Notes under the pieces: generated by a model
What the model saw: the letters and a program-made list of their open reading frames with translations, nothing else
What the model was told of the DNA's origin: nothing
The model's database searches: none
Assembly: GCF_052425735.1 (NCBI RefSeq)
Contig: NC_135763.1
Coordinates: forward strand, 14,384,001 to 14,448,000
DNA: 64,000 nucleotides
Direction: 5' to 3'
DNA from: Oculina patagonica
Lineage: Eukaryota
Program-made: the position numbers and the translations under genes
In this document: positions 63,190-64,000 of the stretch, piece after piece
How the letters are laid out: each line of letters begins with the position of its first letter
Position numbering within the stretch: position 1 is the stretch's first letter

Positions 63190-64000
63190 GTTCGCTTGAT
63201 ATGTAAGGTCACGATCGTGTTGCCTTCGCCAAAATCCACCAGTTTACCTGTAGTCTCGCTCACTTGCGTTTCAATAATGTCCACAATCTGGTTGCGGAGT
63301 GGAATATATTGTATGTGGAGAGGTTCAAAGTACTTGATACCTTTTCCTTCACGTTGAAAGTGAATTTCCCGCAACAGATCCGTGACTTGATTTCCCACAA
63401 CGGAACTACCACCCACGTCTGAGTAAACGAAAAGCGTACGCGATGCATCTCCAATCACTTTTTGGAAGGCTCTGTTGAGTTTCACAAAGCGCCAGTTACA
63501 ATAGCAACTCAAGAAAAGCTGTCCATTCTCAACAACCCAGAAATTTTTCTTGCCCTCTCCAAAATCATCCACGTCTATGGGATCGGGTATCGTAGCGTGG
63601 TGGCATTCCGGCTTCAGGTTCGGCCCGAGAAACACGTTTTCTTTCTCGTTCTTTTTTACCCATCCCATGTCAAAGGCCAAATCCTCGTTGAAAGACATGT
63701 AGTATGGGACGCCTTCAGTTTTCACTTCCGAGACGTCCAAGTTCGAGTTGTCGAGGACTAGCTCTTCACCTTCCCACTTGAAAGTATATTCCCACTCCTT
63801 TCCATTATCTGGCGACTTGGTCAAGTCTCCCACGATACGCTTGTATTCTTTGACTTGATCGAACTTGAAGACCAGGGCTTTCATGAAACTGAGGCCATCC
63901 ACGATGTTGTCGTCATATAGAATGTCCTGGAACGTCAGATCGGTGGTCACCGACTTGCTTTGCACGCGACCCTCCTTGTCTTTGCGCTTGAGCATCCACT
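63186..64000 (-). CDS. Minor capsid protein (penton-like), 5' end probably beyond the window
   Basis: C-terminal LFVYSDV..SVVGNQVTDLLR..YFEPLHIQYIPL..G..VDFGEG.TIVTLH typical of Polinton minor capsid proteins; frame open to the window edge. Confidence 0.85.
   Translation of the reverse strand, partial: WMLKRKDKEGRVQSKSVTTDLTFQDILYDDNIVDGLSFMKALVFKFDQVKEYKRIVGDLTKSPDNGKEWEYTFKWEGEELVLDNSNLDVSEVKTEGVPYYMSFNEDLAFDMGWVKKNEKENVFLGPNLKPECHHATIPDPIDVDDFGEGKKNFWVVENGQLFLSCYCNWRFVKLNRAFQKVIGDASRTLFVYSDVGGSSVVGNQVTDLLREIHFQREGKGIKYFEPLHIQYIPLRNQIVDIIETQVSETTGKLVDFGEGNTIVTLHIKRT

Larger units (their letters stand above)
55529..64000 (-). mobile_element. Endogenous Polinton/Maverick (adintovirus-like) element, left part; continues beyond the window
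   Basis: AGTAGT terminus; abrupt switch to higher-GC, intronless, tightly packed same-strand ORFs; minor and major capsid, adenain, ATPase, PLA2. Polymerase and integrase are not in the window. Confidence 0.93.

Noticed and set aside
56750-63761. Plus-strand and alternative-frame ORFs within the virus (e.g. 61668..62423, 60000..60452)
   Set aside because: Shadow ORFs of higher-GC coding sequence; no motifs

Overview
AT-rich eukaryotic DNA with spliceosomal introns, most likely a cnidarian such as a stony coral (inferred from the gene and repeat families, not from a database search). (1) 1-34 kb: birth-and-death cluster of single-coding-exon class A GPCRs (5 complete, 1 cut by the window start, 2 pseudogenes). 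A transposon-dense block at 12-24 kb interrupts it and holds a foldback duplication and a 4.2 kb decayed Academ transposon. (2) 35-45 kb: two head-to-head, 3-exon RDH8/17beta-HSD1-like SDR genes from an inverted duplication. (3) 49.8-53.9 kb: multi-exon short-chain collagen-like gene. (4) 55,529 to the window end: the left part of an apparently intact endogenous Polinton/Maverick (adintovirus-like) virus with an AGTAGT terminus, minor and major capsid, adenain-like protease, packaging ATPase, parvovirus-type PLA2 and further small ORFs. Its most unusual features are a Pol III tRNA-Gln(CUG)-like gene with a non-canonical anticodon loop in the terminal region (candidate VA-RNA analogue), seven small basic proteins sharing a (Q/W/M)xG(G|xG) putative maturation site, several followed by amphipathic peptides, and operon-like ATGA stop/start overlaps.
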